Origin: Aureliella sp.
Lineage (GTDB): Bacteria; Planctomycetota; Planctomycetia; Pirellulales; Pirellulaceae
Length of the DNA: 64,000 nucleotides
Reading direction: 5' to 3'
Assembly: GCA_963691875.1 (NCBI GenBank)
Contig: OY829846.1
Coordinates: 1,344,001 to 1,408,000, forward strand
A model generated the notes under the pieces. It saw only the letters and a program-made list of their open reading frames with translations, ran no database searches and was not told the origin of the DNA. A program made the position numbers and the translations under genes. How positions within the stretch are numbered: position 1 is the first letter of the stretch; each line of letters starts with the position of its first letter. Shown here in pieces: positions 52,377 through 63,297 of the stretch.

Positions 52377-54800
52377 GTGCGGTCTTTTACCGTCGGATTG
52401 TCGCTCGCGGCGTGTTTTCTTTCCGTATGCTCGGTTCAGCTGAAAGCCGATCAGCCAACCATCACTACGATTTCTCCTACTGGTTTTCAAAGTGGAACAG
52501 AAGTAGAAGTGGTAATCACCGGCGCACGCCTCTCGGATGCTAAAGAGCTTTTGTTCTACGATCCAGGTGTCGAAGTCAAAGAGTTCAAGGCTGAGGAAAA
52601 TAAAGTCACCGCGAAGGTGAAGATTGCTGCGGACTGCGAGCCAGGTTTGCATGCCATGCGACTTGCTTCAGAAACCGGAATCAGCAACTTGCGTTACTAC
52701 GGTGTTTCTCCGCTTCAGCAGATTGCAGAGAAAGAACCCAATTCAGATTTCAACAACCCTCAACCTGTGCCGCTCAATTCGACAGTGCATGGTATCGTGC
52801 AGACGGAAGACGTTGATTATTACGCGGTCGATTTAACGGAGGGCCAAAAGCTAACGGTCGAGATTGAAGGCCTACGGCTCGGTACCGAATTCTTTGATCC
52901 GTTTGTTGCGATCCTGGATTCAAACCGCTTTGAAGTAGCTCGTAGCGACGATGCTCCATTGCTTCAGCAAGACTGCGTTTGCTCTTACAAAGCGGAAAAG
53001 GCTGGACGCTACATCGTCGAGGTTCGGGAGAGTGCCTTTGGCGGAAACGGTCGCTGTGTTTATCGATTGCACGTCGGCGATTTCCCTCGTCCGATGGCGA
53101 TCACTCCTTCAGGCGGGCGCCCAGGCGAGAAGATTCAGGCTCGGATCGTCGATGCTTCCGGTGATGTATGGACGGAAGAGATTCAATTGCCAGCAGAAAC
53201 AGGAGAGTTCAACTATGTCGCGCAGCGAGATGGCAAGTCAGCTCCATCGCCCAACAAGTTACGCGTGATTGATCTTCCCAACGTAATCGAAAGTCAAGAA
53301 GAAGACCGGAGCAAGCTTATCGCCGCAGAAGGTCCGACCGCTTTTAACGGTGTGCTGGAGAAGGAAGGCGATGTCGACTGGTTCAAGATAAAAGGCAAGA
53401 AGAACCAGACACTGAATTTCAAGGTATACGCTCGCAAGGTTCTGCGTTCACCGCTGGATAGCTGGCTGGAAATCCACAAGTCGACGGGCGGACGTTTAGC
53501 TGCAAATGACGACTCCGGCGGACCGGATAGTTTACAGGCATTCAAGTTCCCGGAGGACGGCGAGTACTTGATCGCGATTCGCGATCAACTTAACGAAGGC
53601 AGCCCAATTCACTCATATCGCATCGAAGTTGCTCCCGGTCAGAAGGGGTTGAGCCTCTCTATCGACGAGCTGACTCGTTACGTTTCTCAGACCGTTGAGG
53701 TCCCACAAGGTGGGCAGATGGCCGTGCTGCTACGAGCCCGCCGCAGCGGCTTTGGTGGTGACCTCGGGCTGCGGATCGAAGGTGGCCCAGCTGGAATTGA
53801 GTTGGTGAATCCAAAGATCGCGGCAAATCAGAGCTACATCCCGATGTTGGTTAAGGCAGCGCCGGACGCACAACCGAATGCGGCACTGGCGGACTTGGTT
53901 GCTGAAACAATGCCTGATGGTGCGGGAGTAAAAGGGCACTTGAGTCAGCGCACGATGCTGGTTCGCGGTCAGAACAATCGTGACATGTGGGGCCACACTG
54001 CCGACAAGCTTTCCGTTGCAGTGACCAAAGAGTTGCCATTCAAGATCGAGCTCGAGCAGCCACAAGTGCCTTTGGTTCGAGGCGGTAGTTCGCATTACGT
54101 CGTGAAGGCGACGCGGAATGAAGGCTACAAAGACGTAATCTACCTACGCGTGCTCTACAATCCATCTGGATGTTCTGCCAGCGGTTCGATTCGCATCGAT
54201 GGGGATAAGACGGAAGCTCGGATCCCTGTGACGGCGAACACTCAGGCCGCAATCGGAAACTACCCAATCACGGTGCTTGCACGTGCAAAGTCGCGTGATG
54301 CTTCGGTGTGGTGCGCGACTGAGTTTATCAATCTAGAAGTCGCCGACTCCTTCTTCAACTTCAAGTTTGACAAAAGTGTTGCGGAAACCGGCGGTTCCGG
54401 AATCGTAGCCGTAGGCGTTGAGGTCAAACGTCCGCCAGAGGGCGAAGTCGAGTTTGAAGTCGTAGGTTTGCCTGCCGGCGTCAAATGCGAAACTCCAAAA
54501 ATCAAAATGACCGAGGGGATGAAGCAAGTGAACTTCCCCTTCACGGTGGATCCTAAGGCTCGCATAGGCCAATTTAAAACTGTTTACATCAACGCCAGAA
54601 TCACGCGCCCAGGCGGAACGATTTTGCAAACCGCTGGCCGAGGCGAAATTCAACTGACTGCTCCTCCACCAGCAGCAACAACAGTTGCAGCCAAACCAGC
54701 TGCCCCGAAGGCCAAGCCGGCCGCCCCTACTGCCAAACCGCTCAGTCGCCTGGAACAACTCCGTCAAGCGAAGGGTCTATTGGAAGGCTCACAGCAATGA
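52377..54800 (+). CDS. Secreted PPC/Ig-like multi-domain protein
   Basis: Signal peptide; EKEPN, DVDYY, SDDAPLL, DVDWF, ANDD repeats; beta-rich; no protease catalytic motif seen. Confidence 0.88.
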   Translation: MRSFTVGLSLAACFLSVCSVQLKADQPTITTISPTGFQSGTEVEVVITGARLSDAKELLFYDPGVEVKEFKAEENKVTAKVKIAADCEPGLHAMRLASETGISNLRYYGVSPLQQIAEKEPNSDFNNPQPVPLNSTVHGIVQTEDVDYYAVDLTEGQKLTVEIEGLRLGTEFFDPFVAILDSNRFEVARSDDAPLLQQDCVCSYKAEKAGRYIVEVRESAFGGNGRCVYRLHVGDFPRPMAITPSGGRPGEKIQARIVDASGDVWTEEIQLPAETGEFNYVAQRDGKSAPSPNKLRVIDLPNVIESQEEDRSKLIAAEGPTAFNGVLEKEGDVDWFKIKGKKNQTLNFKVYARKVLRSPLDSWLEIHKSTGGRLAANDDSGGPDSLQAFKFPEDGEYLIAIRDQLNEGSPIHSYRIEVAPGQKGLSLSIDELTRYVSQTVEVPQGGQMAVLLRARRSGFGGDLGLRIEGGPAGIELVNPKIAANQSYIPMLVKAAPDAQPNAALADLVAETMPDGAGVKGHLSQRTMLVRGQNNRDMWGHTADKLSVAVTKELPFKIELEQPQVPLVRGGSSHYVVKATRNEGYKDVIYLRVLYNPSGCSASGSIRIDGDKTEARIPVTANTQAAIGNYPITVLARAKSRDASVWCATEFINLEVADSFFNFKFDKSVAETGGSGIVAVGVEVKRPPEGEVEFEVVGLPAGVKCETPKIKMTEGMKQVNFPFTVDPKARIGQFKTVYINARITRPGGTILQTAGRGEIQLTAPPPAATTVAAKPAAPKAKPAAPTAKPLSRLEQLRQAKGLLEGSQQ

Positions 54801-57268
54801 TGCACTACCTGCCAACCACTCACTTCAAACTTACCAAAGCTACTATGCAACGATTCATCCAGACTCTCAGTCTAGCGATAGCCACATTTGCTGCTTCGGC
54901 CCTGGTCTCCGCTGAAGAGTGGAGGTCCATTGCGGTTTACCCGAATGAAATCAAGCTGAAGGGTTCGGCTGATTTTCAGTCCTTCATCGCCATTGCACAG
55001 CGAGCCGACGGTGTAACGCAAGATGTGACCGAGAAGGTACAGTGGTCGCTCGCCGACGCGAATCTTGCAGAACTGCGTGAGTTCAAGCTGCACCCGAAGG
55101 CCGATGGTACGACTGACTTGAAAGCAACCTGGAACGGCCTCGAAGCAGGAGCTTCTGTCGAGGTTGCGGGTGCGACAGCACAGAAGCCAGTGAGCTTCCA
55201 TTTGGATGTGATGCCGGTGATGACGCGGGTGGGGTGCAATACAGGTTCATGTCATGGTGCAGCCCGTGGAAAAGACGGTTTTCGACTTTCGCTTTTCGGA
55301 TTCGATCCAGTCGGTGACTATCAAAGAATTACTCGTGAAATCGGAATCCGCCGCATCAACTTGGCGCGTCCTGAGCAAAGTCTGATTTACCTGAAGGCCG
55401 TCGGCGGTGTACCTCACTCGGGTGGTAAGCGAATGGAACCCGACAGTGTTTACGCGAAAACGCTTCTGGATTGGCTTAAGGCTGATGCCGAGATCGATCC
55501 GGAAACTCCACCAACTTGTACGAAGGTTGAGCTGTTTCCGCGCCAAGCGGTTCTGGAGGGCGAAGGAGCAACCCAGCGAATGGTCGCCGTGGCCTACTTT
55601 AGCGACGGAACTACGCGGGACGTAACGAACTTAGCTGCTTTCACGACAAATAACGAACGTACTGCCGCTGTAACAGATCTCGGTGCGATCACTGCCGGAG
55701 TGCGTGGCGAAGCCTTTGTGATGGCACGTTTCGATACTCATACTGTGGGTTCTCAAATTCTGGCTTTGCCCAAGGACTTGCAATACTCCGCGCCAGAGAT
55801 CGCAGGCAACTATATCGATCGGCATGTAGGCAACAAACTCAATCAGCTGCGGATCTTGCCAAGTGGCATTTGCTCTGACGAGGAGTTTTTGCGGCGTACG
55901 ACGATCGACATAGTGGGCATGCTGCCTACAGAGGAGGAGTATCACGCCTTCATAGATGATCCTGCTCCCAACAAGCGTGAGAAGCTGGTGAACCGTCTTT
56001 TGGAGCGTAAGGAGTTTAGTGAAATCTGGGCTATGAAGTGGGCCCAATTGTTGATGGTTAAGAGTAACAACCAGGTTAGCTATAAAGCAGCGTTCCAGTA
56101 CTCGAGTTGGCTGACCAACAAGTTGGCCGCAGAAACTCCAATTGACGAGATCGTTCGTGACTTAGTCGCGTCTAATGGTGGTGTATTTGAGCAGCCTGCA
56201 ACGAACTTCTATCAAGTCGAACGGGACACGCTTAAAACAGCCGAAAACGTGGCTCAAGTGTTCATGGGCATTCGCACCCAATGTGCTCAGTGCCACAATC
56301 ATCCGTTCGATCGATGGACCATGGACGATTACTACGGTTTCGCATCCTTTTTCTCGCAGATTGGTCGCAAGACCGGCGAGGACTACCGCGAGATCATTGT
56401 CTACAACCGAGGTGGCGGTGAGGTGAATCACCCTGTGACGAAGAAGCCTGTGGCACCCACATTCCTCGGCGGACCGAAGCCCGAGACAAAGGGTAAGGAT
56501 CGCCGGGCAGTCTTGGCAGAGTGGATCACGAGCCCCGAGAATCCATACTTTGCGACGAGTATTGCAAATCGTGTTTGGGCTCATTTCATGGGCAATGGAA
56601 TCGTCGAACCAGTTGATGATATTCGAGTCAGCAATCCTCCCAGCAACCCTGCTCTCTTTGATGAGCTTGGAACTAAATTGACCAGCTACAAATTTGATCT
56701 GAAACAACTGGTGCGTGACATTTGCAGCTCGCAGGCCTATCAGCGAAGTACGATGCCTAATGAATCGAACAAGTTGGATACTCGCAACTACGCTTATGCA
56801 CAGGTCAGACGTATTCCGGCCGAAATGCTCTTGGACTGCATTACACAAGCAACTTTGACCAAAGATAAATTCCGCGGTCTCCCACTTGGTGCTCGGGCTG
56901 TACAAATTGCGGACGGCCAAACAAGCACCTACTTCCTGAACACTTTCGGGCGATCGCCTCGTACAACGGTCTGCGATTGTGAAGCCAGCACTGATCCTTC
57001 GTTGTCGCAAGCACTGCATTTGCTGAACGGTAGCACAACCACTGGCAAAATTGCTCAGGGTAAGTTGGTGCAAACTTGGCTGGAGCAAGGGGCAACCGTG
57101 CCGGAAGTAATTGCTCGTATCTACATTCGCAGTCTTTCTAGGATACCAACTGAAGCTGAAACGAATTCGCTAGCTAAAATGGTAGCGGAGGCCGGCGACA
57201 AGCGAGTTGGCCTCGAAGACGCGTTTTGGGCAGTGCTCAACAGTCGCGAATTTATGTTCAATCATTAA
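54797..57268 (+). CDS. Ig-like (Big_2) + DUF1549 + DUF1553 protein
   Basis: GCNTGSCHG, GFRLSLFG, FLRR, CAQCHNHPFDRWT, NRVWAHF, CDCE, NSREFMFNH; start overlaps the upstream stop (alternative start 54845). Confidence 0.92.
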   Translation: MMHYLPTTHFKLTKATMQRFIQTLSLAIATFAASALVSAEEWRSIAVYPNEIKLKGSADFQSFIAIAQRADGVTQDVTEKVQWSLADANLAELREFKLHPKADGTTDLKATWNGLEAGASVEVAGATAQKPVSFHLDVMPVMTRVGCNTGSCHGAARGKDGFRLSLFGFDPVGDYQRITREIGIRRINLARPEQSLIYLKAVGGVPHSGGKRMEPDSVYAKTLLDWLKADAEIDPETPPTCTKVELFPRQAVLEGEGATQRMVAVAYFSDGTTRDVTNLAAFTTNNERTAAVTDLGAITAGVRGEAFVMARFDTHTVGSQILALPKDLQYSAPEIAGNYIDRHVGNKLNQLRILPSGICSDEEFLRRTTIDIVGMLPTEEEYHAFIDDPAPNKREKLVNRLLERKEFSEIWAMKWAQLLMVKSNNQVSYKAAFQYSSWLTNKLAAETPIDEIVRDLVASNGGVFEQPATNFYQVERDTLKTAENVAQVFMGIRTQCAQCHNHPFDRWTMDDYYGFASFFSQIGRKTGEDYREIIVYNRGGGEVNHPVTKKPVAPTFLGGPKPETKGKDRRAVLAEWITSPENPYFATSIANRVWAHFMGNGIVEPVDDIRVSNPPSNPALFDELGTKLTSYKFDLKQLVRDICSSQAYQRSTMPNESNKLDTRNYAYAQVRRIPAEMLLDCITQATLTKDKFRGLPLGARAVQIADGQTSTYFLNTFGRSPRTTVCDCEASTDPSLSQALHLLNGSTTTGKIAQGKLVQTWLEQGATVPEVIARIYIRSLSRIPTEAETNSLAKMVAEAGDKRVGLEDAFWAVLNSREFMFNH

Positions 57269-57342
57269 GTCAGTGCGGGAGCGCTGAGACTTAAACTCTA
57301 AACCATATGATACATTTTTGAACTCTGATTCTGGTGATAGCG

Positions 57343-59556
57343 ATGCGCGTCTCCTTTTGGATTCTTCCCCTTGCTTTGTTTAGTAGCGGCTTATTGGCAC
57401 AGGATACGGCCAAGCAGGAAAAGAAGATCACTTTCGAAGAACACATCAAACCGATCTTTCGGGAACACTGTACGGTTTGCCACAGTGAGAGTGACAAAGA
57501 ATCTGATCTCGCTTTGGACACCTATGGCGCAACTCTTGCCGGTGGTTCCTCTGGGCCTGCGGTAAAGGAAGGCGATCCGGATGGCTCAAGACTCTACGCC
57601 TTGGTCACACACGCGGAACGTCCCTTCATGCCGCCGGATGAAGATGCGATGGCGAAGGAGAAACTGGATCTGATCAAGACTTGGATCTCGCAAGGGATGC
57701 CTGAGAACTCTGGCAGCAAGATCAAACGTTTCAATACCGCTGCAGCGGCGATGTTGACAAGCGGCGGAATAGGCAAACCCGACGGCCCACCGCCGATGCC
57801 AGAGTCTGTTCTCAAACAGACAGTAACCGAGACGGCTCGCAGTTCGGCGATTTCTGCCATCGCGGCAAGCCCCTGGGCTCCACTCATCGCCGTTGGTGGA
57901 CAGCTACAAGTCAGCTTGTACCATGCGGCCAGTGGGGAGTTGTTGGGTGTGATTCCTTTTCCAGAAGGTGAAGCACAATCGCTAACATTCACTCGCGACG
58001 GCAAACAACTGCTGATCGGCGGTGGCCAACACAGCCACAGCGGCTGTGCGGTTCTTGTCGATATCGCAACGGGCAAGAGAATCACCAAAGTTGGTGACGA
58101 ACTAGATATCGTAATGGCGGCCGATATCACCTCGGACAAAAAGCGAATTGCGATTGCCGGGCCGCAAAAGATTGTTCGCATTTACGATTCGATCAGTGGC
58201 GAGAAAGTCTTGGAACTCAAGAAGCACACAGACTGGATTTTCGCGCTGCGTTACTCTCCAGATGGCGTTCTTCTGGCAAGTGGTGATCGCAGCAACGGAT
58301 TGATTGTCTGGGAAGCAGATACTGGAAATCTCTATTCGCAGCTCAATGGCCACCGTGGCCAGATACGAAGCGTCGATTTTCGTGCGGACTCAAACGTGCT
58401 CGCTTCTGCAAGTTTGGATGGAACCGTCAAGTTGTGGGACATGCTTGAAAGCAAGCAGATCAAGTCCTGGAATGCTCATGGTGGTGGAACCACCGCTGTT
58501 TGTTACACGAACAATGGTATGCTCGCGACGGCAGGTAAAGATACTCGTGTTAAGCTCTGGGATGGAAATGGTGGCCTTAAGGGTGACTTCAAGGGACTTG
58601 GAGCACCCGCTCTGGAAGTGGCTGTTACCGGTGACGCAGCGTATCTAGCTGGCGGTGATTGGAACGGCTCAGTGAATCTCTGGGCTGCCGCTGATCCTGC
58701 CAAGAATCGTTTCATTGCAGCGAATCCCCCATCCATCGAAACGCGTCTGCAGCAAGCGAACGCCAATTTGACTCAGGCGAAGGCGGATTTTGCTGGTGTG
58801 CAGCAAACTGCTCAGCAATCCTCTCAAGCTGCGGAGGCAGCGGCGACCGAGCTGACGAATGCACAGAACAATTCGAAGTCGTTGTCTGATCAGCTCGGCA
58901 AGGCTCAAGCAACACAGAAAGATTTGCAAAACAAAGTCGGGACCATGGATGCTGAGATCACGCAGCTCGAAGCGCAGCTTGCTGCTTTGAAAGCTAATCG
59001 CCAGAAGGCTGGGCAGAATCTCGGGCAAACAGCCGCTTCGGTCACAGATTTGACTCAAAAGGCGACTGCGGCGACTGCAGCCTTGGCTGCTGCGACGAAA
59101 TCCAAGGCAGAGAAAGCGAAAGCTGCTGCTGCTTCGGCCGAGCAGCTAAAGTCGGCTCAAGGAAAGTTGGCCGCCGCAGAAGCCGCGGCTCAAAAGGCTG
59201 CGAAGGAGAAGGCAGAGTTGGACACTTTAGCGACCAACTTGAGGAAGGCGGCGACAAACGCCACGACCAAATCTACCACGCTAGAGACTCAAGTAGCTGC
59301 CGCGGTGAATGCACAGGCTACCCAGGAAAGCACCACAAATAATGCGACCCAGAAGCTCGCTGCACTTCAGGCTGAGATGGAGGCATTGAAGCACCGGATC
59401 GCGGCGGCCGATAAGATTCGCAACAATGCGGAGACGAATCTGAAGACAAAACGTCAGGCAGCCGCAGAACTGCAGAAGCAACTTGATACAGCACAGCAAG
59501 CGGCATTAGACGCCAAGGAACAGCTTGAGCTGTTTGAAAAGTCTTACAAAAAGTAA
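57343..59556 (+). CDS. PSCyt1 cytochrome domain + WD40 propeller + long coiled coil
   Basis: Signal peptide, CTVCH, MPP, WD repeats (HTDW..ALRYSPDG.LLASGDR; LASASLDGTVKLWD), Ala/Gln/Lys-rich C-terminal tail. Confidence 0.92.
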   Translation: MRVSFWILPLALFSSGLLAQDTAKQEKKITFEEHIKPIFREHCTVCHSESDKESDLALDTYGATLAGGSSGPAVKEGDPDGSRLYALVTHAERPFMPPDEDAMAKEKLDLIKTWISQGMPENSGSKIKRFNTAAAAMLTSGGIGKPDGPPPMPESVLKQTVTETARSSAISAIAASPWAPLIAVGGQLQVSLYHAASGELLGVIPFPEGEAQSLTFTRDGKQLLIGGGQHSHSGCAVLVDIATGKRITKVGDELDIVMAADITSDKKRIAIAGPQKIVRIYDSISGEKVLELKKHTDWIFALRYSPDGVLLASGDRSNGLIVWEADTGNLYSQLNGHRGQIRSVDFRADSNVLASASLDGTVKLWDMLESKQIKSWNAHGGGTTAVCYTNNGMLATAGKDTRVKLWDGNGGLKGDFKGLGAPALEVAVTGDAAYLAGGDWNGSVNLWAAADPAKNRFIAANPPSIETRLQQANANLTQAKADFAGVQQTAQQSSQAAEAAATELTNAQNNSKSLSDQLGKAQATQKDLQNKVGTMDAEITQLEAQLAALKANRQKAGQNLGQTAASVTDLTQKATAATAALAAATKSKAEKAKAAAASAEQLKSAQGKLAAAEAAAQKAAKEKAELDTLATNLRKAATNATTKSTTLETQVAAAVNAQATQESTTNNATQKLAALQAEMEALKHRIAAADKIRNNAETNLKTKRQAAAELQKQLDTAQQAALDAKEQLELFEKSYKK

Positions 59557-59578
59557 GCTCGAATCTGCTAATGAATTG

Positions 59579-62500
59579 TTAGTGTTCCGAGAGCAGTTTC
59601 TCTGCCCAGTCTGCCATTGCGGATGCAACAGCTTCCAGAGTTGCGGAGTTTCCTTGCAGCTCTTCGCGTTGTTCATCCTTAGCGAAGTTTTCTAATTGTT
59701 CGGCAAAACTTGCTATGCGCAGCAATCGGACGTGTCGCGCGTTACTCTTTAAAGTGTGGACCGCACGACGCACTTCGCTAAATTTTTCCTCTTCCAAGTT
59801 CTCTTCAAACATACGCCCGAGTCTGGGAGCTTCAGAGAGAAGCAAGGTAAGAACGTCTCTGGCCAAATTCTCGTTTTGGTTCATCGATGCAACCAAGGTT
59901 TCCCAGTCGGGTGCGTCTTCAAGGGCGCGATCAATAGAGAATCCCGCTTCTTCATTTATCAGCGACTCGTAGTATAACGCTGTTTTATCGTCTTCTCTGG
60001 CCGGAGATTCGATGGCATTGGTTTCCAGAGCTTCCTCCCGGCTGTACGAGTAAACAGGGCCCCTCAGATCGGATTCATCTAAGAATAGAGTCTCGCCATT
60101 CAACGCTAGGTTGACTGCCATTGCGAGAAGATCGAGAGAGATGGGTTTTACCAAGAAGCCTTCCATTCCCGCTTCTTCGCAACTGGTACGATCGGCAGCC
60201 GTCGCATGGGCCGTCAATGCGCAAATTTTTTGACGACGCCCTAACCCTGATTCGGCAGCTCGGATCTGCGCGGTTGCTTCTAGCCCATCAACGTCGGGCA
60301 TTTGGATATCCATGAGCACGAGGTCGAAAAGTTTTTGAGAGCAAGCCGCGACGGCGGCACGGCCATTGCTAGCCAATTTCACTTGATGCCCAAGTCCCTC
60401 TAGCATATCCCGTAGAACGGTTTGGCTAATGGGACTATCTTCAACGAGCAAAATATCTGCCGTTCGCCCAAAAGCGATGGAGTCCTCCAGAGTGTCCTCA
60501 AAATTTGATTTCGCAGGCGACAAGGTCTGGATGAGTTCCTGTTGACGGATCGGGCGAGTGAGCCAGGAGACATTCGCATACTGCAACCAGGTGGGCATAA
60601 CTTGTGGTGCCTCTTGGCCAAGCAGGGAAAGCAAGACGAGTTTTGGAACCACAGGAAGGCTGACTTGTTCTCTTTCGTTGAGTTCAGCAAAATCGGCAAA
60701 GACAACACTGGTGTTTCCTGCAGCGAAGAGCTCGGCCGGTTCGCGCGCAAGAAGTTGGTCGGTCGTAATAGCAGTAATTTGGGGGCCGAGACGCGACACC
60801 TGATCACATAGAACTTCGCGCCAGTCGGATGGATCAGCCGCTACAATGATTTGTTCTGATATTAACGGCGGTGTTTGCGACGAGGCCTGACTTGAGTCAA
60901 GGGGGAAAGTCAGTTCAAAGAAAAAGCAGCTTCCTTGTTTGACTTTTCCAGAGAGTTCTTGCGCATCGCTGACTCCTATTAGTCCCCCCATTTTGTTGAC
61001 GAGATCTCGGCAAATGGTCAGTCCAAGGCCAGTCCCGCCATACCGTCGAGTCGTACTGCTATCGGCTTGGCGAAAGGCTTCAAAGATCATTCGGCGTTTT
61101 TCTTGCTGAATGCCAATTCCACTATCGTGAACTTCAAAACGCAGACGCACTACTTCATCGAGTTTGGAATTCCCAGGTGTAACGCGAGATGAGTTTTCGC
61201 CCTCAGGGTCCAGCTTTCGAACAGCGATGCGAATACTGCCACGTTCCGTGAACTTGATCGCATTTCCCACAAGATTCAGAATAATCTGCTGAATGCGATG
61301 CGGATCCCCAATCAAGTTGGCATGAATATCTGGATCGAACTGCGTGATGAGTTCTAGGCCCTTGAACTGTGCTCTAGCGGCCAACGCGTTAATGGGCTCT
61401 TCAACACTCCCGATCACGTTGAAGGGAACTTCTTCAATCTCAATATGTCCGGCTTCGATTTTTGAGAAGTCCAGCAAGTCATCGATTAGAGTCAGCAAAT
61501 TACTCGCAGAAACCCGAGCAAGATTCAGGTACTCCCGTTGCCGTTCATCCAGTCGTCCACCGCGATCGAGAAGTTCGTGAAGGCCGATAATTCCTGTAAG
61601 TGGCGTGCGGAGTTCGTGGCTGACATTAGCGACGAACTCACTCTTCGCTGCATTAGCCTGTTCAGCCGCCTCTTTTGCATTTAGCAATTCTGCTTCTGCC
61701 GCTTTGCGCCTTGTAATATCGCGCAGAACGATTGCCCAGCCTTGAGAGCCATCAACGTCCAGTGGGTGAGTAGAGATTTCACCATCAAACCACTCGTTGT
61801 TGCTTCGTCGCATTTTGACTTCAATCCGTTTCCCCCTTGCGGACTTAAGTAAGTCGCCGAGGGGCATTTTCCTGCGATAAAGATCGGGAGACTCAACGTC
61901 CGAGGCACGTTGCCCTTTCTCCTCGACAGAGCTTTCGATGATGGCCCCAAGGGGTGGGTGCAAGTCAACTTCTGCTTGGGAGTAGCCCAAGATTTTCTGC
62001 GAAGCTGGATTCGAGTCGAGAACGAAGCCATCTGGATCGACGACGAGCACGGCATCTAAAGCAGCATTGATCAAGGCTCGGGCCAGCTCTTCGCTCCGGT
62101 GTAGTTCCTCACGTGCGAGATGCTCCTCCGTAATGTCCCAGAAAATAACCTGGACCCCCACGACGTTGCCTTCGGGATCACGAAGCGGCGCCTTCCGCAC
62201 TTGCATGTAGCTTGTTTTGCCGTTCAGTTCCGCCTTCTCAATGTCGTTAAATATGGCCCCAGCCTGAACCACTCGCTTATCATCCGAGACGAACTTTGCC
62301 GCAGACTCATCTGGAAACAAATCGTAGTCGGTGCTGCCTATGACCTCTTCGAAGGGGCGGTCAATCAGTTTACAGAACGACTTGGTCGCAAATAGAAACC
62401 TTCCGTCGACGTCTTTATGCACCACGTGAACGGGCAAGTGTTCCAGTAATGTACGTCGGTCAGATTCGATCTGAGCTACTGTGCGCGCGGTTGACTCGTG

Positions 62501-62914
62501 GGTCGCCAGAGCCACACGAAGTTCATCGGATTGGCGTTTCAATCGATCTGCGAGACGAATCTGAGACTGAGCGCGGCCCCAAGGAGCTCTCTCAAGAAAA
62601 AAATGAGCGAAGGCTAGGACGACTTGTCCGCCGAGTCCTAACGCCAGCGCAACCAAATGGAACTCTTTTGCATCGGGATTGATTGCTAGAACGAAAAGAA
62701 TTCCAACAAAGTGAATTGCAAGAAACAACCACCTGCCTAGAGGTGACTGGAGATATTGCAGGAAGATGCAAGAAACAACGAGCGGTAAAGTGATGGCCAG
62801 CGGAAGATAAATGGGGGCCAGCATCCAGGGCATGTAGCTGACCAAGATAATAACCAGTCCCAGACCAAGCCATCGCTGTCTGCGAATGATTTTTAGGTAG
62901 CGTATGAAACTCAT
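59579..62914 (-). CDS. Hybrid sensor histidine kinase (TM-PAS-PAS-HisKA-HATPase-REC-Hpt)
   Basis: [40 protein letters not shown]...LMDIQMP...[10 protein letters not shown]. Confidence 0.95.
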   Translation of the reverse strand: MSFIRYLKIIRRQRWLGLGLVIILVSYMPWMLAPIYLPLAITLPLVVSCIFLQYLQSPLGRWLFLAIHFVGILFVLAINPDAKEFHLVALALGLGGQVVLAFAHFFLERAPWGRAQSQIRLADRLKRQSDELRVALATHESTARTVAQIESDRRTLLEHLPVHVVHKDVDGRFLFATKSFCKLIDRPFEEVIGSTDYDLFPDESAAKFVSDDKRVVQAGAIFNDIEKAELNGKTSYMQVRKAPLRDPEGNVVGVQVIFWDITEEHLAREELHRSEELARALINAALDAVLVVDPDGFVLDSNPASQKILGYSQAEVDLHPPLGAIIESSVEEKGQRASDVESPDLYRRKMPLGDLLKSARGKRIEVKMRRSNNEWFDGEISTHPLDVDGSQGWAIVLRDITRRKAAEAELLNAKEAAEQANAAKSEFVANVSHELRTPLTGIIGLHELLDRGGRLDERQREYLNLARVSASNLLTLIDDLLDFSKIEAGHIEIEEVPFNVIGSVEEPINALAARAQFKGLELITQFDPDIHANLIGDPHRIQQIILNLVGNAIKFTERGSIRIAVRKLDPEGENSSRVTPGNSKLDEVVRLRFEVHDSGIGIQQEKRRMIFEAFRQADSSTTRRYGGTGLGLTICRDLVNKMGGLIGVSDAQELSGKVKQGSCFFFELTFPLDSSQASSQTPPLISEQIIVAADPSDWREVLCDQVSRLGPQITAITTDQLLAREPAELFAAGNTSVVFADFAELNEREQVSLPVVPKLVLLSLLGQEAPQVMPTWLQYANVSWLTRPIRQQELIQTLSPAKSNFEDTLEDSIAFGRTADILLVEDSPISQTVLRDMLEGLGHQVKLASNGRAAVAACSQKLFDLVLMDIQMPDVDGLEATAQIRAAESGLGRRQKICALTAHATAADRTSCEEAGMEGFLVKPISLDLLAMAVNLALNGETLFLDESDLRGPVYSYSREEALETNAIESPAREDDKTALYYESLINEEAGFSIDRALEDAPDWETLVASMNQNENLARDVLTLLLSEAPRLGRMFEENLEEEKFSEVRRAVHTLKSNARHVRLLRIASFAEQLENFAKDEQREELQGNSATLEAVASAMADWAEKLLSEH

Positions 62915-63102
62915 CTTGGTGCGTAACCACTACTTATTAGCGAAAGTTTGCGTAGGGGGTGCGGAAAAAACAAGCTTTCAAATGTAAGCCAAATGAAGAC
63001 TGGTAGGGGACGAAACGATTATTGTGTCCAACAAATTCCCTTGACAATTGCGTTTTGCGGTTCTGAAGGAAATATTTCGCATTTCCTCGAACGATAGCAA
63101 CC

Positions 63103-63138
63103 GTCAAAGTTTGACAGGCATAGGCTGTGACCTAGGTT
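63103..63138 (+). promoter_or_regulatory. Candidate flp promoter with an overlapping palindrome
   Basis: TTGACA (63111) - 16 nt - TAGGTT (63133); GTCAAA-G-TTTGAC inverted repeat at 63103-63115 covers the -35 box. Confidence 0.45.
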
Positions 63139-63297
63139 TCTTGTGCACACCGAATCGGACGTGAGTCTCGTCAAGGCCAGTCACGGTGGCAAAGTGGTGT
63201 TTGTGAAGGGCCTAGCGGTGGCGAAGCGAAGTCTGACACGCACAGTTTAGTTTCCTTACCCGGTTACCGGGTGGTCTCGCATTTTTGGAGAGATTCC

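Noticed and set aside
63140..63240. Known riboswitch (c-di-GMP-I/II, or ZTP via minus-strand GTGACTGGC)
   Set aside because: The other required consensus elements were not found; kept only as an unnamed structured leader.
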